A stretch of DNA of 64,000 nucleotides from Parcubacteria group bacterium (GTDB taxonomy: Bacteria > Patescibacteriota > Minisyncoccia > Phycocordibacterales > UBA2135): the NCBI GenBank assembly GCA_016204045.1, contig JACQLQ010000004.1:100927-164926 (forward strand), written 5' to 3'. The translations under genes and the position numbers were made by a program. Of the stretch, positions 45,153-55,280 are shown one piece after another; position 1 is the first letter of the stretch, and each line of letters begins with the position of its first letter. The notes under the pieces are model-generated. The model did no database searches. It was given only the letters and a program-made list of their open reading frames with translations, and was not told the DNA's origin.

Positions 45153-45991
45153 CCCTGGTGAGCAGTAGCCAACAACGCCTGTGCCTCTTTGTTGATCTTT
45201 GAGGCAACGGCTTTTTTGATACCGAACTTGGTCTCTAGGTCTTCCGCGGTGTAGGGAATGAGGTCTTGCGCAAGCATCATGCCGTGCTTTGCAAATATTT
45301 CAAGGGTGTGGCTATTAACCGATGGGAGGACTGTTACCGGATAGAGCGCGTGTTTGGCGATTAGGTTTTCGAGCGCTTCTCCGTTCGGATGGCTCCAACT
45401 TGTTGTCTTAATGTTTTTGCAGTTTGCGTATTGGATCGCGCTCAAGGTCAGCTTCGTGTTGGTGATGACCCATGCATAGTGCTTTGCTTTGCCACCCTCC
45501 TTCTTCTCCTCCACGCGCCTAATGTCGTCCAATCGCGCCCACGCATAGGCAACCACATCGACGTGCGTTTTCAAATGTGGTTTGTTTTTGTATTTTGCCT
45601 CGATGAAATAGTGCTCGTCTCCTTTGTAAGCAACAATGTCGACTTCGTGTGTGACACACTCGCCTCGTAGAAACTGGTTCCGTGCCGTCGTGTACCCCTC
45701 TGCACGTAGGATTGCCTCGACGAATTGCTCAAAGTAGAAACCCGCTGGGCCAAGCTCCGCCATACCACGTTTCAGGCTGTAGCGGGCGGCGAGACCAATG
45801 TTTTCCTTGACCAAGTGCCGGAGTGCCTCCCGAAAGATCTCTGTTGTTGTTGCCCCTGGAGAAAGGTCTTTTGCGACTGCGTTGCAAATCTTGTCTGCCA
45901 CCTCACTCGGGGCGCCCGAGGCGCGCAAAGAACCGCAAAGCTTCTCGTGCTCGAAGAGTTCTTTCTCGCCTGTTGCCTTAATAATTTCCAT
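45149..45991 (-). CDS. ATP-cone plus Mrr-like restriction endonuclease domain protein
   Basis: IIKATGE.E.F..EKL..SL, LGPAGFYFEQF and HEVDIVA..FIEAK. Confidence 0.85.
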   Translation of the reverse strand: MEIIKATGEKELFEHEKLCGSLRASGAPSEVADKICNAVAKDLSPGATTTEIFREALRHLVKENIGLAARYSLKRGMAELGPAGFYFEQFVEAILRAEGYTTARNQFLRGECVTHEVDIVAYKGDEHYFIEAKYKNKPHLKTHVDVVAYAWARLDDIRRVEEKKEGGKAKHYAWVITNTKLTLSAIQYANCKNIKTTSWSHPNGEALENLIAKHALYPVTVLPSVNSHTLEIFAKHGMMLAQDLIPYTAEDLETKFGIKKAVASKINKEAQALLATAHQG

Positions 45992-46085
45992 CCCGAAATT
46001 GTACCATGCCTGGGTGTCTTGAAGAAAGTTTTGCTACGGCGTATAGTGGCCTAAGACGAATGCAGTATGGTGAGGAGGGCTTCCT

Positions 46086-47510
46086 ATGTGCGGCATTATC
46101 GGAGTGGCGAACGAGAAAGAGACTGCTGCACCCGACATTTATACGGGTCTTCTTGAAATGCAACCGCGCGGCAAGGGCGGAGCTGGTATGGTAACCGCCC
46201 TTCGCGGTGACCACTACGACCTGCGCGACATGGGAGAGGTGAAAGAGGCGCTCGGCAAAGAGGCGCTCAAGCACATGCCGGGAAAAATTGGAGTGGGACA
46301 CACCCGCTACCCAAATGCCGGTACTAATTCGCCATGGAATCTGCAACCTGTGCGCGATTCCTTCCGTGGGCAGGAGTTCGACGCGAGCCACAACGGCAAC
46401 AGTGTAAATATGGGTTCGCTCCGCAGAAAGTATGGCATCCTTCATGACGAAAACGCTTCTGACACGCGCACTATTGCGGCAATCATCGCACAGTCAAAGC
46501 GAACTGATTTTGTTTCTGCACTTGTAGACACCGTTCGCGAGCTTCAGGGTTCGTTCAGCCTCATTGTCCTTTTTAATAACACACTCTACGCGCTTCGTGA
46601 TCGATTCGGCTTTCACCCGCTCCAGATCGGCATGCGTGGTAACGACATATTCATCGCTTCCGAGAGTTGCGCGTTCACGCAACCGCAGATCGGTGCTACA
46701 TTACTGCGCGACATTGGCCCTGGGGAATTGGTCACCGTCAAAGACGGACGCATTACGAGTGAGTCGTGGCTCCCCTCGGGGGTCGCAGCGACCCTCCGTT
46801 TCGATATCTTCGAGTTTATCTATTTCATGTCTCCGCACAGTGTCGTCGAGGGTGTGGAGGTAGGTAGTGCACGCGAAGAAATGGGAAAACGTCTCGCACG
46901 GCTCCACCCAGTCCCAACCGACATCGTCGTCCCCGTGCCTGATTCTGGAAACCAGGCGGCACAAGGGTACTACGAGGAACTCAAACTGACGCAAGCGCAG
47001 GTGCGCTTCACTCCGTGGGCATTCTTCCGCCCGCACACTGTCGGGCGCACATTCATCGATCCCATAGCCGAGCTCCGCGCAGAACTCGTAAAGTCGAAGC
47101 TACGACCCAGGCCTGCTGTGCTTAGCAGGAAAAATGCAACAGTTCTGGACGATTCGGAAGTCCGCGGCAATACCATGAAAAGAGCGGTGATCATGGCACG
47201 AGAGTCGGGCGCAAAAAGGGTGGACGGACGCATCGCTTCTGACCTCTACCGTTTCCCCGACTACTATGGCATGGACACGTACCGCTACGGAGAAGAGCTC
47301 ATTGCGAGAAAACACGACGGGGATGTCGAAGCGATCGCTCGTGAATGTGGGCTCGACACTTTGGGTTATCTCCCGAATGATCTTGTTATCGAGGCGATCC
47401 TCGCTGTGCGTGGACCGAACTCCCCCCTCACGAAAGATTCTTTCTATGACGGTCCCTTTACTGGCAACTACCCTGACGGTATTGGCGACTTCGCTCACAG
47501 CAATACATAA
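46086..47510 (+). CDS. purF: Amidophosphoribosyltransferase (Fe-S-free type)
   Basis: N-terminal MCGIIG, GHTRY, HNGN, RDRFG..PL, PVPDSG, GRTFI and DDSEVRGNT. Confidence 0.9.
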   Translation: MCGIIGVANEKETAAPDIYTGLLEMQPRGKGGAGMVTALRGDHYDLRDMGEVKEALGKEALKHMPGKIGVGHTRYPNAGTNSPWNLQPVRDSFRGQEFDASHNGNSVNMGSLRRKYGILHDENASDTRTIAAIIAQSKRTDFVSALVDTVRELQGSFSLIVLFNNTLYALRDRFGFHPLQIGMRGNDIFIASESCAFTQPQIGATLLRDIGPGELVTVKDGRITSESWLPSGVAATLRFDIFEFIYFMSPHSVVEGVEVGSAREEMGKRLARLHPVPTDIVVPVPDSGNQAAQGYYEELKLTQAQVRFTPWAFFRPHTVGRTFIDPIAELRAELVKSKLRPRPAVLSRKNATVLDDSEVRGNTMKRAVIMARESGAKRVDGRIASDLYRFPDYYGMDTYRYGEELIARKHDGDVEAIARECGLDTLGYLPNDLVIEAILAVRGPNSPLTKDSFYDGPFTGNYPDGIGDFAHSNT

Positions 47511-47617
47511 AAAAGCAAACCACCTTTCCGGGTGGTTTTTTAACAAGAAAAAAGGCCTTCCGTGCCTGCGCTTTCGCGTGGGCAGTAGAAGACCTGTGTC
47601 AGCGCCGAGGCTGACCG

Positions 47618-48133
47618 TTAATTTTTTGCGAGCGCCCGTACGCGGGCCATCGCTGGATCGTCGGGGAACATGTCCGCAACACACTCCGCCGACAGTGACG
47701 GGAGGTCGCGGATATCCGGAAGCCATGTCACGTAGAGGTAGTCACGACTTTCCTGGAACCACCCGAGCATGTTACCGGTCTTCTTCGAAGGATCGACGAC
47801 CGTTTGATGCGACATGTCGAAGACTGCTCCGAGGGCTCGGCTTCCACGACGGAAGTTCATAGAATCCTCCACGACCTCCACGACGACTTCGGGACCAGCC
47901 GGGAAGAAAGCGCCCGCCGTCTTCCCGCGCCAATGCCATTCGACGAACCGGAGATCCATTCCCAGACTCTTGTTTGCGGCGTCAGTGCACCATACGCCAC
48001 CATCATCTTCTGGGAGAGCAGCGACCGGGCTGGTGCTTGCCGGAGGAAAAATAAAACTCATGAGGGCGAAAAAGCCAACGACTAGAACGAAAACAGCAAC
48101 CGTTGCTACGGTCGACTGTCGTACTCGTACCAT
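47618..48133 (-). CDS. Membrane-anchored hypothetical protein
   Basis: AAGGAGG SD, N-terminal TM and TTGACT-16-TATAGT promoter. Confidence 0.65.
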   Translation of the reverse strand: MVRVRQSTVATVAVFVLVVGFFALMSFIFPPASTSPVAALPEDDGGVWCTDAANKSLGMDLRFVEWHWRGKTAGAFFPAGPEVVVEVVEDSMNFRRGSRALGAVFDMSHQTVVDPSKKTGNMLGWFQESRDYLYVTWLPDIRDLPSLSAECVADMFPDDPAMARVRALAKN

Positions 48134-48239
48134 GCGCGTGACCTCCTTGTTGTTGCCTCGTTTGCAACTATAGCATGTGTATATAAAAAGTCAATCCCCA
48201 CCTGGTTTGGGGGTGGGGATTACTCTTTACGTGGCATCG

Positions 48240-48752
48240 TTATTGGTTGGCCGTGTCTTGGCTACGTGCCCATTCAGCTCTCTTGCGATTTGCCCTCTGG
48301 TTTTCTGCCAGGACAAGCTCATCATAAATACCGTCAATAAGATTGTGCCCCTTTGCGTCATTAAGCGTGACCCATGCATAGGAGTCTGCCTCCCCTTCCT
48401 GAAGCGTGATCTCACCACCGGCGTATTCGGCGATACAAGAAATGACGAGTGAGGGACTCCCGTCTTCATGCACCGTCGCCAAACTTGTGAGGTATTCAAT
48501 ATTCTCTATGTCGAGGCCCACTTCTTCCTTAACCTCACGTCGAAGTGTCCGTTCGAGCACGTTGTACCAGTAGAACTTCGTATCCTTCTTGAGTTTGAGA
48601 TAGTCGTCCGTTTCGAGCTTGCCTCCCGGTACGGTCCACATGCTCGGGAACCGCTTCTTGTTTGATGAACGGCGGATTATAAGAAACTTGCCGTCCTTGT
48701 CAGCGATGATTGCGGTAATCGCAACTTCGTGGAGATGTTTGTTTTCTGTCAT
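48240..48752 (-). CDS. NUDIX hydrolase
   Basis: MWTVPGGKLE..LRREVKEEVGL. Confidence 0.88.
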   Translation of the reverse strand: MTENKHLHEVAITAIIADKDGKFLIIRRSSNKKRFPSMWTVPGGKLETDDYLKLKKDTKFYWYNVLERTLRREVKEEVGLDIENIEYLTSLATVHEDGSPSLVISCIAEYAGGEITLQEGEADSYAWVTLNDAKGHNLIDGIYDELVLAENQRANRKRAEWARSQDTANQ

Positions 48753-48870
48753 TCTGATAAGTGTATACGAAATAAGTACGCTCGACAAACGTATCATTGA
48801 CGACTCTTTTGCCTCGTGCTGAAGATGCAAATATCACAACTTTTCTCATGTACACTATAGTTTTAATAGT

Positions 48871-49842
48871 ATGCGTGATGCGATACAAAACTTCGCACAA
48901 CAATTCTCCTTTGAGCCAGAAATCAGAAACGGAGGAAACTTTACACCCCGTCCCAAACTCCTGATTGCCGGAATGGGCGGTTCGCACCTTGCCGCGGGAC
49001 TCTTGAAGACGATGCTCCCGGAACGCGACATTGTGATTCACCGCAGTTATGGCCTCCCTCGCCACATGAGCGACCTCGGAGAGCGGCTTTTTGTCGCAAG
49101 TTCATACTCGGGCAATACCGAGGAAACCGTCTCCGCCCTTGAAGAAGCATTGGAGCGACGCCTCCCTTCTGTCGTCATCTCTACGGGGGGGATACTTGGC
49201 GGCATGGCGGAAGAGCACTCACTCCCCTACATCCAGCTCCCCAAAACGGGCATCCAGCCGCGCGCCGCGATCGGCTTCGCCTTCCGGGCACTGCTTGCCG
49301 TATTGAGCGAGAAAGACATGCTCGACCTAAGCGCGAAGTTCGCAAACACATTCAATGCAGGTTCGTATGAGGATGCCGGCCGAGCACTCGCACAAATGCT
49401 TCGCGACTCTATTCCCGTCATCTACTCCTCCGAAAAAAACGAAGCACTCGCGTATCACTGGAAGATTACTTTTAACGAAACAGGCAAAATCCCCGCCCTC
49501 TACAATCTCCTCCCCGAACTCAACCACAACGAGATGTCGGGTTTTGACGTAAGGGACGCGACTCGACACCTTTCGGAAAAATTCTATTTTATCTTTCTTC
49601 GTGACGGGGATGACCATCCCCGCGTACTGAAGCGAATGGATATTCTCACAGAAGAATACAGGAACCGTGGACTTCGTGTCTTGGTGGTACACCTCAACAC
49701 AGAAGGCGACAAATACACAAAGATATTCTCCCTTGTCGTCCTCGCAAGCTGGGCCGCGTACCACACGGCAGTTGGGTATACGCTCGACCCCGAGGAAGAC
49801 CTTCCTTTCGTTGCAGATTTCAAAAAGAGAATGGCGGACTAG
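48871..49842 (+). CDS. Bifunctional phosphoglucose/phosphomannose isomerase (SIS)
   Basis: AGMGGS, SSYSGNTEET, QPRAA, FNETGK and PELNHNE. Confidence 0.92.
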   Translation: MRDAIQNFAQQFSFEPEIRNGGNFTPRPKLLIAGMGGSHLAAGLLKTMLPERDIVIHRSYGLPRHMSDLGERLFVASSYSGNTEETVSALEEALERRLPSVVISTGGILGGMAEEHSLPYIQLPKTGIQPRAAIGFAFRALLAVLSEKDMLDLSAKFANTFNAGSYEDAGRALAQMLRDSIPVIYSSEKNEALAYHWKITFNETGKIPALYNLLPELNHNEMSGFDVRDATRHLSEKFYFIFLRDGDDHPRVLKRMDILTEEYRNRGLRVLVVHLNTEGDKYTKIFSLVVLASWAAYHTAVGYTLDPEEDLPFVADFKKRMAD

Positions 49843-49903
49843 CTCTAGACATGGAGAAGTGCCGTATGGTACGATGAGCGCAACTAAAAACTAATTAAAT
49901 ACA

Positions 49904-50641
49904 ATGGATACCAACAACAACGTCCAACTCCAGAATCTTTATGTCCCGGGCGCGATCGTTCTCGCCGGAGTTATTATCGCCGGAGCAGTCTTCCTCTCCT
50001 CTTCAAAGGAAGGCACTACCGCGGCAGTAAGTGAAACGGTCGTCGACGCAACGGAGGTCATGGAGCCGATCTCTCCTGTCGACCACATCTTGGGAGCACC
50101 CAACGCTCCAGTCGTCATTGTTGAGTATTCTGACCTTGAGTGTCCGTTCTGCAAAGATTTCCATGAGACAATGAAGATGGTAATGAAGGAATACGGTGAG
50201 CAGAGACAAGTTGCATGGATTTTCCGCCACGCGCCACTCACCCAACTCCACTCTAAGGCGGTCACAGAAGCAGAGGCTGCGGAATGTGCGGCAGAGCTTG
50301 GTGGGACGGTGAAGTTCTGGGAATACATAGACCGAGTCTTTACGCTGACACCGTCGAACGACGGACTCGACCTCGCATTACTTCCTGATATTGCAGAAGA
50401 TGTGGGCCTTTCGCGCAAAAACTTTGAAGCATGTCTCAAGAACAACACATTCGAAGAAAAGATTCTTGGCCAGCTGAACGATGGAGTAAACACAGCGCAA
50501 GCTCTCGGTCTTAACTTCGGAACTCCTTTTAGCATCTTTATAGAGAGAGACGGCAGGGCACAGCCGATCTCTGGCGCGCAATCATACGAATCATTGAAGT
50601 TCATGATCGACGAAGCGCTTGCCAAGACCGCTCAAGAATAG
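49904..50641 (+). CDS. DsbA-family thioredoxin-fold protein
   Basis: N-terminal TM, EYSDLECPFC, GTP and SGAQ. Confidence 0.92.
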   Translation: MDTNNNVQLQNLYVPGAIVLAGVIIAGAVFLSSSKEGTTAAVSETVVDATEVMEPISPVDHILGAPNAPVVIVEYSDLECPFCKDFHETMKMVMKEYGEQRQVAWIFRHAPLTQLHSKAVTEAEAAECAAELGGTVKFWEYIDRVFTLTPSNDGLDLALLPDIAEDVGLSRKNFEACLKNNTFEEKILGQLNDGVNTAQALGLNFGTPFSIFIERDGRAQPISGAQSYESLKFMIDEALAKTAQE

Positions 50642-50645
50642 GCAC

Positions 50646-50678
50646 AAAAAAACCCGCGAAATAGCGGGTTTTTTGTTT
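50646..50678. terminator. Intrinsic terminator
   Basis: AAAAAACCCGC-gaaata-GCGGGTTTTTTGTTT. Confidence 0.8.
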
Positions 50679-50742
50679 CCCTTAGGGGTATTGCTTTTTT
50701 GTGATAAGTGTGATATAATTAAAGTTGGATTGGAGGTGTGGA

Positions 50743-50964
50743 ATGAACAAATATTTCGCAGACCTGTGGCGTTCGCGCCACAAGTACTTCGCCGATCTGG
50801 CACGCGTATGGCGGCCCTCGGGCAAAGCGTCTGTGGCTGCCCTCGCCAACCTGTTTGACCCATGGAGGCTCGCAAAGAGCGTCTTCTGGCTCATCGGCGC
50901 GCTTGCCACATCGATCGTGAAGACGATCTTCTTCTCGGCGAAGCTCGCGCTTCGCATGTACTAG
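50743..50964 (+). CDS. Small hypothetical protein with tandem KYFADL repeat
   Basis: GGAGG SD and TATAAT upstream. Confidence 0.5.
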   Translation: MNKYFADLWRSRHKYFADLARVWRPSGKASVAALANLFDPWRLAKSVFWLIGALATSIVKTIFFSAKLALRMY

Positions 50965-50974
50965 GGAGGACACG

Positions 50975-51226
50975 ATGCAACGCTGGTTCCGGTTCTTTTT
51001 TGGTTCACGTGTTCGGGCAGGCACTACAACGCTTGCCCTCATCGTCCTCGGGGCAATCCACTACTTCGCCCCGGGGACACTGACGCAGATCGCGGTCGGA
51101 ACAGTAGACGAGTTGGGCCCACTTTTGAATATGGTGCTCGTCTACGGCATCGCCTTCGCCCTTCTCATCTGGGCGTTCCGTCTGCTCCTTCGCCCTTTCA
51201 CGGGCAAACGCGGCAAGTCATCCTGA
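50975..51226 (+). CDS. Small two-TM membrane protein
   Basis: GGAGG SD and two hydrophobic segments. Confidence 0.6.
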   Translation: MQRWFRFFFGSRVRAGTTTLALIVLGAIHYFAPGTLTQIAVGTVDELGPLLNMVLVYGIAFALLIWAFRLLLRPFTGKRGKSS

Positions 51227-51241
51227 CTGCCGCGTTTTTTG

Positions 51242-52057
51242 TTATAAACCCAAGCGATAGATATCAAACGAGTTTTCTCCCTCAAACATATCCGAGGGGT
51301 TGGGCAGAAAGACCTTCGTCCGCATAAGTTCTGCTGTCGCGTCGTTTACCAGGCGGTGAAAGATTGCGAACTCTTCATCGCATTTGTCGAAATCAATAGT
51401 ATAGCGCCGCATCTGCGATGACCCGTCCGCATTCTTAGTCTTCTTGCACTCTTGCAAGATGAAGCGCCGGACCGGCCGCTTAAATTCACTTTGCACTGTG
51501 TAGTAGTTGAAGATCGCCTGGATGACGAAGAGTGTCTTTTGCGAGCCCCCGGCACTCCACGAATCGACAAACTTGTGGTCAATAATGTCGAGCGCCTTCG
51601 GGTCGACACGCGACTCGACGACCAAGTCAGAGACTGCCTTAATGGGGAGCGGCAGACCCTTCACATTAGCCATTCCCCTCACCTCGACGCCAAGCACTTT
51701 GTGCCGGGGTGGCCGAGCAAGATAAAAAGCGATGGCACGAAGATAGTCGCGCTCCATCTGGAGACGTTTTTTCTTTTTTGCAAGACGCGAGGTGGCTTTC
51801 CCAAAGTTAATTTCGAAATCAGGGACATTGCAGAGGTAATCGAGACCGAGCTGTATAGCCCCTTCTTTCTCTATACCACCATAGAAGTGTTGGAGCGCAA
51901 CATGCCCGGCGCGCCCGATAATTGAGGCCGGGGTTCCCGGTGTGTCATATACTTCTTCGACATAGCGCTTGTACCATGCCAAGGGATTCCGGAGAAAAGT
52001 TATGAGCGACGAGTAACTCCAGTGTGCAATGGGAAACTCCTTCCCAGAAGATTTCAT
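51242..52057 (-). CDS. PD-(D/E)XK nuclease family protein
   Basis: WSYSSL..F, IIGRAGH.ALQ and AVSDLV..IIDHK. Confidence 0.85.
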   Translation of the reverse strand: MKSSGKEFPIAHWSYSSLITFLRNPLAWYKRYVEEVYDTPGTPASIIGRAGHVALQHFYGGIEKEGAIQLGLDYLCNVPDFEINFGKATSRLAKKKKRLQMERDYLRAIAFYLARPPRHKVLGVEVRGMANVKGLPLPIKAVSDLVVESRVDPKALDIIDHKFVDSWSAGGSQKTLFVIQAIFNYYTVQSEFKRPVRRFILQECKKTKNADGSSQMRRYTIDFDKCDEEFAIFHRLVNDATAELMRTKVFLPNPSDMFEGENSFDIYRLGL

Positions 52058-52149
52058 GTAGGCAGTATAACACGCTGGGGCTCCACGTTCAGAGTGGTTG
52101 ACAAAGATTCAATAACGGTATCTAGTGTACATAGACAGAGGAGGCCGGT

Positions 52150-53001
52150 GTGGTGACCCTCAACGTTTTACTGTTTTTGAGTGTCCTCGTCCTGCTCTAC
52201 ACAACGCTCTGTAAAGTCCTTTCTCATGGATTCCTGCGGATAGACAATAGTAAGTTCCGGAAGATAGACCCTGAACCATTGGGCAATGCTGCTACTGGAG
52301 ATGCTCAATCATTGGCCATCCAAAACATTAACATTGAGATGTTGGCACAAAAATACACAAGGCTTGCCCAACTCCCCACGGCAGTAATCCTGAGAGTGAC
52401 AACGGGAATTCCAATCGCCGCTCTGATCAACATGACACAGATGACTTTCGGGAATGCCCGCACATCTCCCGTCTTGGCCCTTTCGGAGGACGCCATTGAA
52501 AGTCTTGGTGGTGACGAAGTTGTCGAGGCTATACTTGCCCACGAAATCGCGCATGGTTACAAGCCAAAGAGACTGAGTATATTTGTGCGGCTTGGCTTAC
52601 TTGTTGCGGAGCTTTCCCTGCAACGTCTCTGGCTCTTCTTAACACTTGTGGGTGCCCTCTTTTTTGCCATAATGGCATTCGAGGGCACACAGACCTCTGC
52701 GAATATTGCGCTGTTGGGGGCGCTTCTCCCATTGACTCTTCTTTCTCTCTTTGAGATGGCTGGTAACGTACTAGACCGCCGCGAAGAGTACCGCGCAGAC
52801 GCCTACGCCGCATTGTGGAATAAGAGAAATGCAGAGAGGCTCATTGGGTTTTTCAAACGTGATTTAGCACATCTCGAGGGAAGGATGAAAACTATTGTTT
52901 TTTATTTCGCACTCCCGTTTATGACACACCCACACCCCTCTCAGCGCACCAAACGTCTGAAGCGGTTTCTAGAGCGAGAAGGGAACGTAGCCCCGGCATG
53001 A
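52150..53001 (+). CDS. M48 (HtpX-like) membrane metalloprotease
   Basis: AILAHEIAH, REEYRADAYA and MTHP..RTKRL. Confidence 0.85.
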   Translation: MVTLNVLLFLSVLVLLYTTLCKVLSHGFLRIDNSKFRKIDPEPLGNAATGDAQSLAIQNINIEMLAQKYTRLAQLPTAVILRVTTGIPIAALINMTQMTFGNARTSPVLALSEDAIESLGGDEVVEAILAHEIAHGYKPKRLSIFVRLGLLVAELSLQRLWLFLTLVGALFFAIMAFEGTQTSANIALLGALLPLTLLSLFEMAGNVLDRREEYRADAYAALWNKRNAERLIGFFKRDLAHLEGRMKTIVFYFALPFMTHPHPSQRTKRLKRFLEREGNVAPA

Positions 53002-53038
53002 ACCGGGGTTTTTAATTGAGATGCTCTCCATAATACGA

Positions 53039-53068
53039 AACCAGCCCCGACGGTCGGGGCTGGTTTCT
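53039..53068. terminator. Intrinsic terminator-like hairpin
   Basis: AACCAGCCCCGAC-g-GTCGGGGCTGGTT. Confidence 0.7.
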
Positions 53069-53099
53069 TACTTATAAATAGGTGGCCGGAGGTGCCAGA

Positions 53100-53159
53100 C
53101 TAATGAATTATAGTGCTGGCGAAGATACCGGCAAGAGTTATAATAATTGCTTTTTCCAT
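53100..53159 (-). CDS. Candidate 19-aa hydrophobic leaderless peptide
   Basis: MEKAIIITLAGIFASTIIH; perfect promoter with its -10 six nt before ATG. Confidence 0.45.
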   Translation of the reverse strand: MEKAIIITLAGIFASTIIH

Positions 53160-53165
53160 ACCCCA

Positions 53166-53194
53166 ATTATAGCATAGTGGGGTATTGTTGTCAA
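53166..53194 (-). promoter_or_regulatory. Perfect sigma70 promoter
   Basis: TTGACA, 17 nt, TATAAT with an extended TG. Confidence 0.8.
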
Positions 53195-53202
53195 GTGCTT
53201 GA

Positions 53203-53967
53203 TTAGGTGAGCTGATACTTCGCTTCAATAGCCTTAAAAAACCGCTCCGCAACCTCATCGCGTGCTTTCCAAACCGAAAGTGATTCAGGGTTTCCCTCGT
53301 CATCAAGGAAAAGGGTGGCGCTGCTACTCTCCTTAAGGTTAGGCATCGAGAGTTCGCGAGCGAGAGCGTGTACCCGCGCCTGCTGGTTTTTGTACTTCTT
53401 GTGAAGCACCGTTATCAATATCTCCGCTTCATCCGCCTTTCTCTCATGCCACACTACATCGAGAAGGTCACAACTTGGATGCTCTGCGTCTTTAACCGCA
53501 GCGAAGCCACGTAGCTTAACGCGTTGTTCCCCAGTCTCTGTTGAGAGACGCATACTCCTTTTTTGACCCATAGGATGCGAAGAAAGAAGCCGGTAGGCAC
53601 TCTCCACTAAATCTCCTTCGCTTTCTACTCGATCTGGATCATATGCAGACTCGGCACCAGCTTTCGCTCTGTCACGAAACAGTTGCAAACGCCAGGAATC
53701 GAGTGACCACTGCTGTCGCCATACCTCTTCAACATCATCAACCAAAATATGCCTTCTTGTAGAAAGCATCAATTCATGTGCAATGGCCTCGATCTTCTCC
53801 CCCACTTCTTTGCATTTTGTTTCAAATGCTGTAAGTTCGCGTGCGAGTTCTAATTTCTCGCCAGGACGCATTGGGGTATCCCCTCTCATTTTCACAACTG
53901 GTCCATCTGCTAAATATGGATGCGCTGGTTCTACTGAAACAATTTTCTGTTTTGGGGCCTCACTCAT
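53203..53967 (-). CDS. Hypothetical protein downstream of rpoD
   Basis: 254-aa ORF starting 8 nt after the rpoD stop. Confidence 0.6.
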   Translation of the reverse strand: MSEAPKQKIVSVEPAHPYLADGPVVKMRGDTPMRPGEKLELARELTAFETKCKEVGEKIEAIAHELMLSTRRHILVDDVEEVWRQQWSLDSWRLQLFRDRAKAGAESAYDPDRVESEGDLVESAYRLLSSHPMGQKRSMRLSTETGEQRVKLRGFAAVKDAEHPSCDLLDVVWHERKADEAEILITVLHKKYKNQQARVHALARELSMPNLKESSSATLFLDDEGNPESLSVWKARDEVAERFFKAIEAKYQLT

Positions 53968-53975
53968 GCAAACAC

Positions 53976-55247
53976 TTAATAACTCTCGAGTCTTCGTGCG
54001 CGGTCGTGGTGACGAATCTTCTCGTGTGCCTTGGCTTCGATTTGGCGAATACGTTCACGGGTCACACCAAACTCACGCCCCACCTCTTCCAAGGTGTGGA
54101 CAGTGCCGTCAATAAGGCCGTGACGCATTTCGAGAATCTTGCGCTCCTTGGGAGAAAGATCATCCAATATCTCTTTGATTTGATCTCGAAGAATACGTAG
54201 TGATGCCTCTTGCGATGGAGAATCTATCTTTTCGTCTTCGATAAAGTCGCCGAAGGTTGATTTCTCATCATCCTCGCCCACCGGACTCTCGAGCGAAATG
54301 GTGTCTTGGTCAATGTTTTGAATTATGTAAATCTTTTTCACGTCGAGCCCCATCTCTGCGGCAATCTCTTCTGCCAAGGGGTCGCGACCCAAGTCTTGGG
54401 CAAGCCGACGCACCACCTGCTTGTACTTCGCGATGGTCTCCACCATGTGGACAGGAATACGAATGGTTCGCGACTGGTCAGCGAGCGCGCGCGTAATTGC
54501 CTGCCGAATCCACCATGTAGCATATGTTGAAAACTTGAAGCCTTTGGTTGGTTCGAATTTCTCAATCGCTTTGTATAGCCCAATGTTCCCCTCTTGGATG
54601 AGGTCGAGGAGGGTCAGATCGCGGCTTCGGCCGACGTAGCGCTTCGCAATAGAAACAACGAGACGGAGGTTCGCCTTGGCGAGGAGGTGACGCGCGTCTT
54701 CGTCCCCTTCTTTAATGCGCCGCGCGAGCGACTTTTCTTCGGCGGCAGAAATGAGCGAGTAGCGGCCGATCTCTTTAAGATACATCTGCACAGAGTCGAT
54801 AGAGGTCTCTTCATGAGCAGTAATCTTGCCGTCAAACATAGGCGTCTCATCTGCAGCAAGGAGCGACCCCGCTTCCACAAGCTCGACTCCTTCGGCGCTC
54901 AAACGTTCGTAGACGCGCTCCAGAAACACAATATCATCTTCAATGGTAGGAAATTCCTTGAGGAGTTCGTCGTGGGTCACAAAACGACGCTCACGTCCTC
55001 GGATAATGAGCTTTTCGAGCTTTGCGTCACGCGCCTCCTTCTCTTTCTTGCTGACAGGAGCTTTGGAGACGGCCTTGCCCTTACCACGCGCCACACGAGT
55101 CTTGGGGGCCTTTTTCTTGCCTTTCTTGGCTACAGGAGCCTTCTTTGCCTTAGAAGCACGCTTGCCCTTCATCCGCAAACGGGATGATTTGGAAGCCTTT
55201 TTACCCGTTTTGCGGGCACGACGGATACGCTTTAGGAGCTTTGCCAT
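53976..55247 (-). CDS. rpoD: Primary sigma factor RpoD with K-rich N-terminal extension
   Basis: [38 protein letters not shown] and TRERIRQIE. Confidence 0.97.
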   Translation of the reverse strand: MAKLLKRIRRARKTGKKASKSSRLRMKGKRASKAKKAPVAKKGKKKAPKTRVARGKGKAVSKAPVSKKEKEARDAKLEKLIIRGRERRFVTHDELLKEFPTIEDDIVFLERVYERLSAEGVELVEAGSLLAADETPMFDGKITAHEETSIDSVQMYLKEIGRYSLISAAEEKSLARRIKEGDEDARHLLAKANLRLVVSIAKRYVGRSRDLTLLDLIQEGNIGLYKAIEKFEPTKGFKFSTYATWWIRQAITRALADQSRTIRIPVHMVETIAKYKQVVRRLAQDLGRDPLAEEIAAEMGLDVKKIYIIQNIDQDTISLESPVGEDDEKSTFGDFIEDEKIDSPSQEASLRILRDQIKEILDDLSPKERKILEMRHGLIDGTVHTLEEVGREFGVTRERIRQIEAKAHEKIRHHDRARRLESY

Positions 55248-55280
55248 ATATTAGAGAATGATAAAGGATTACCTCGCTAG

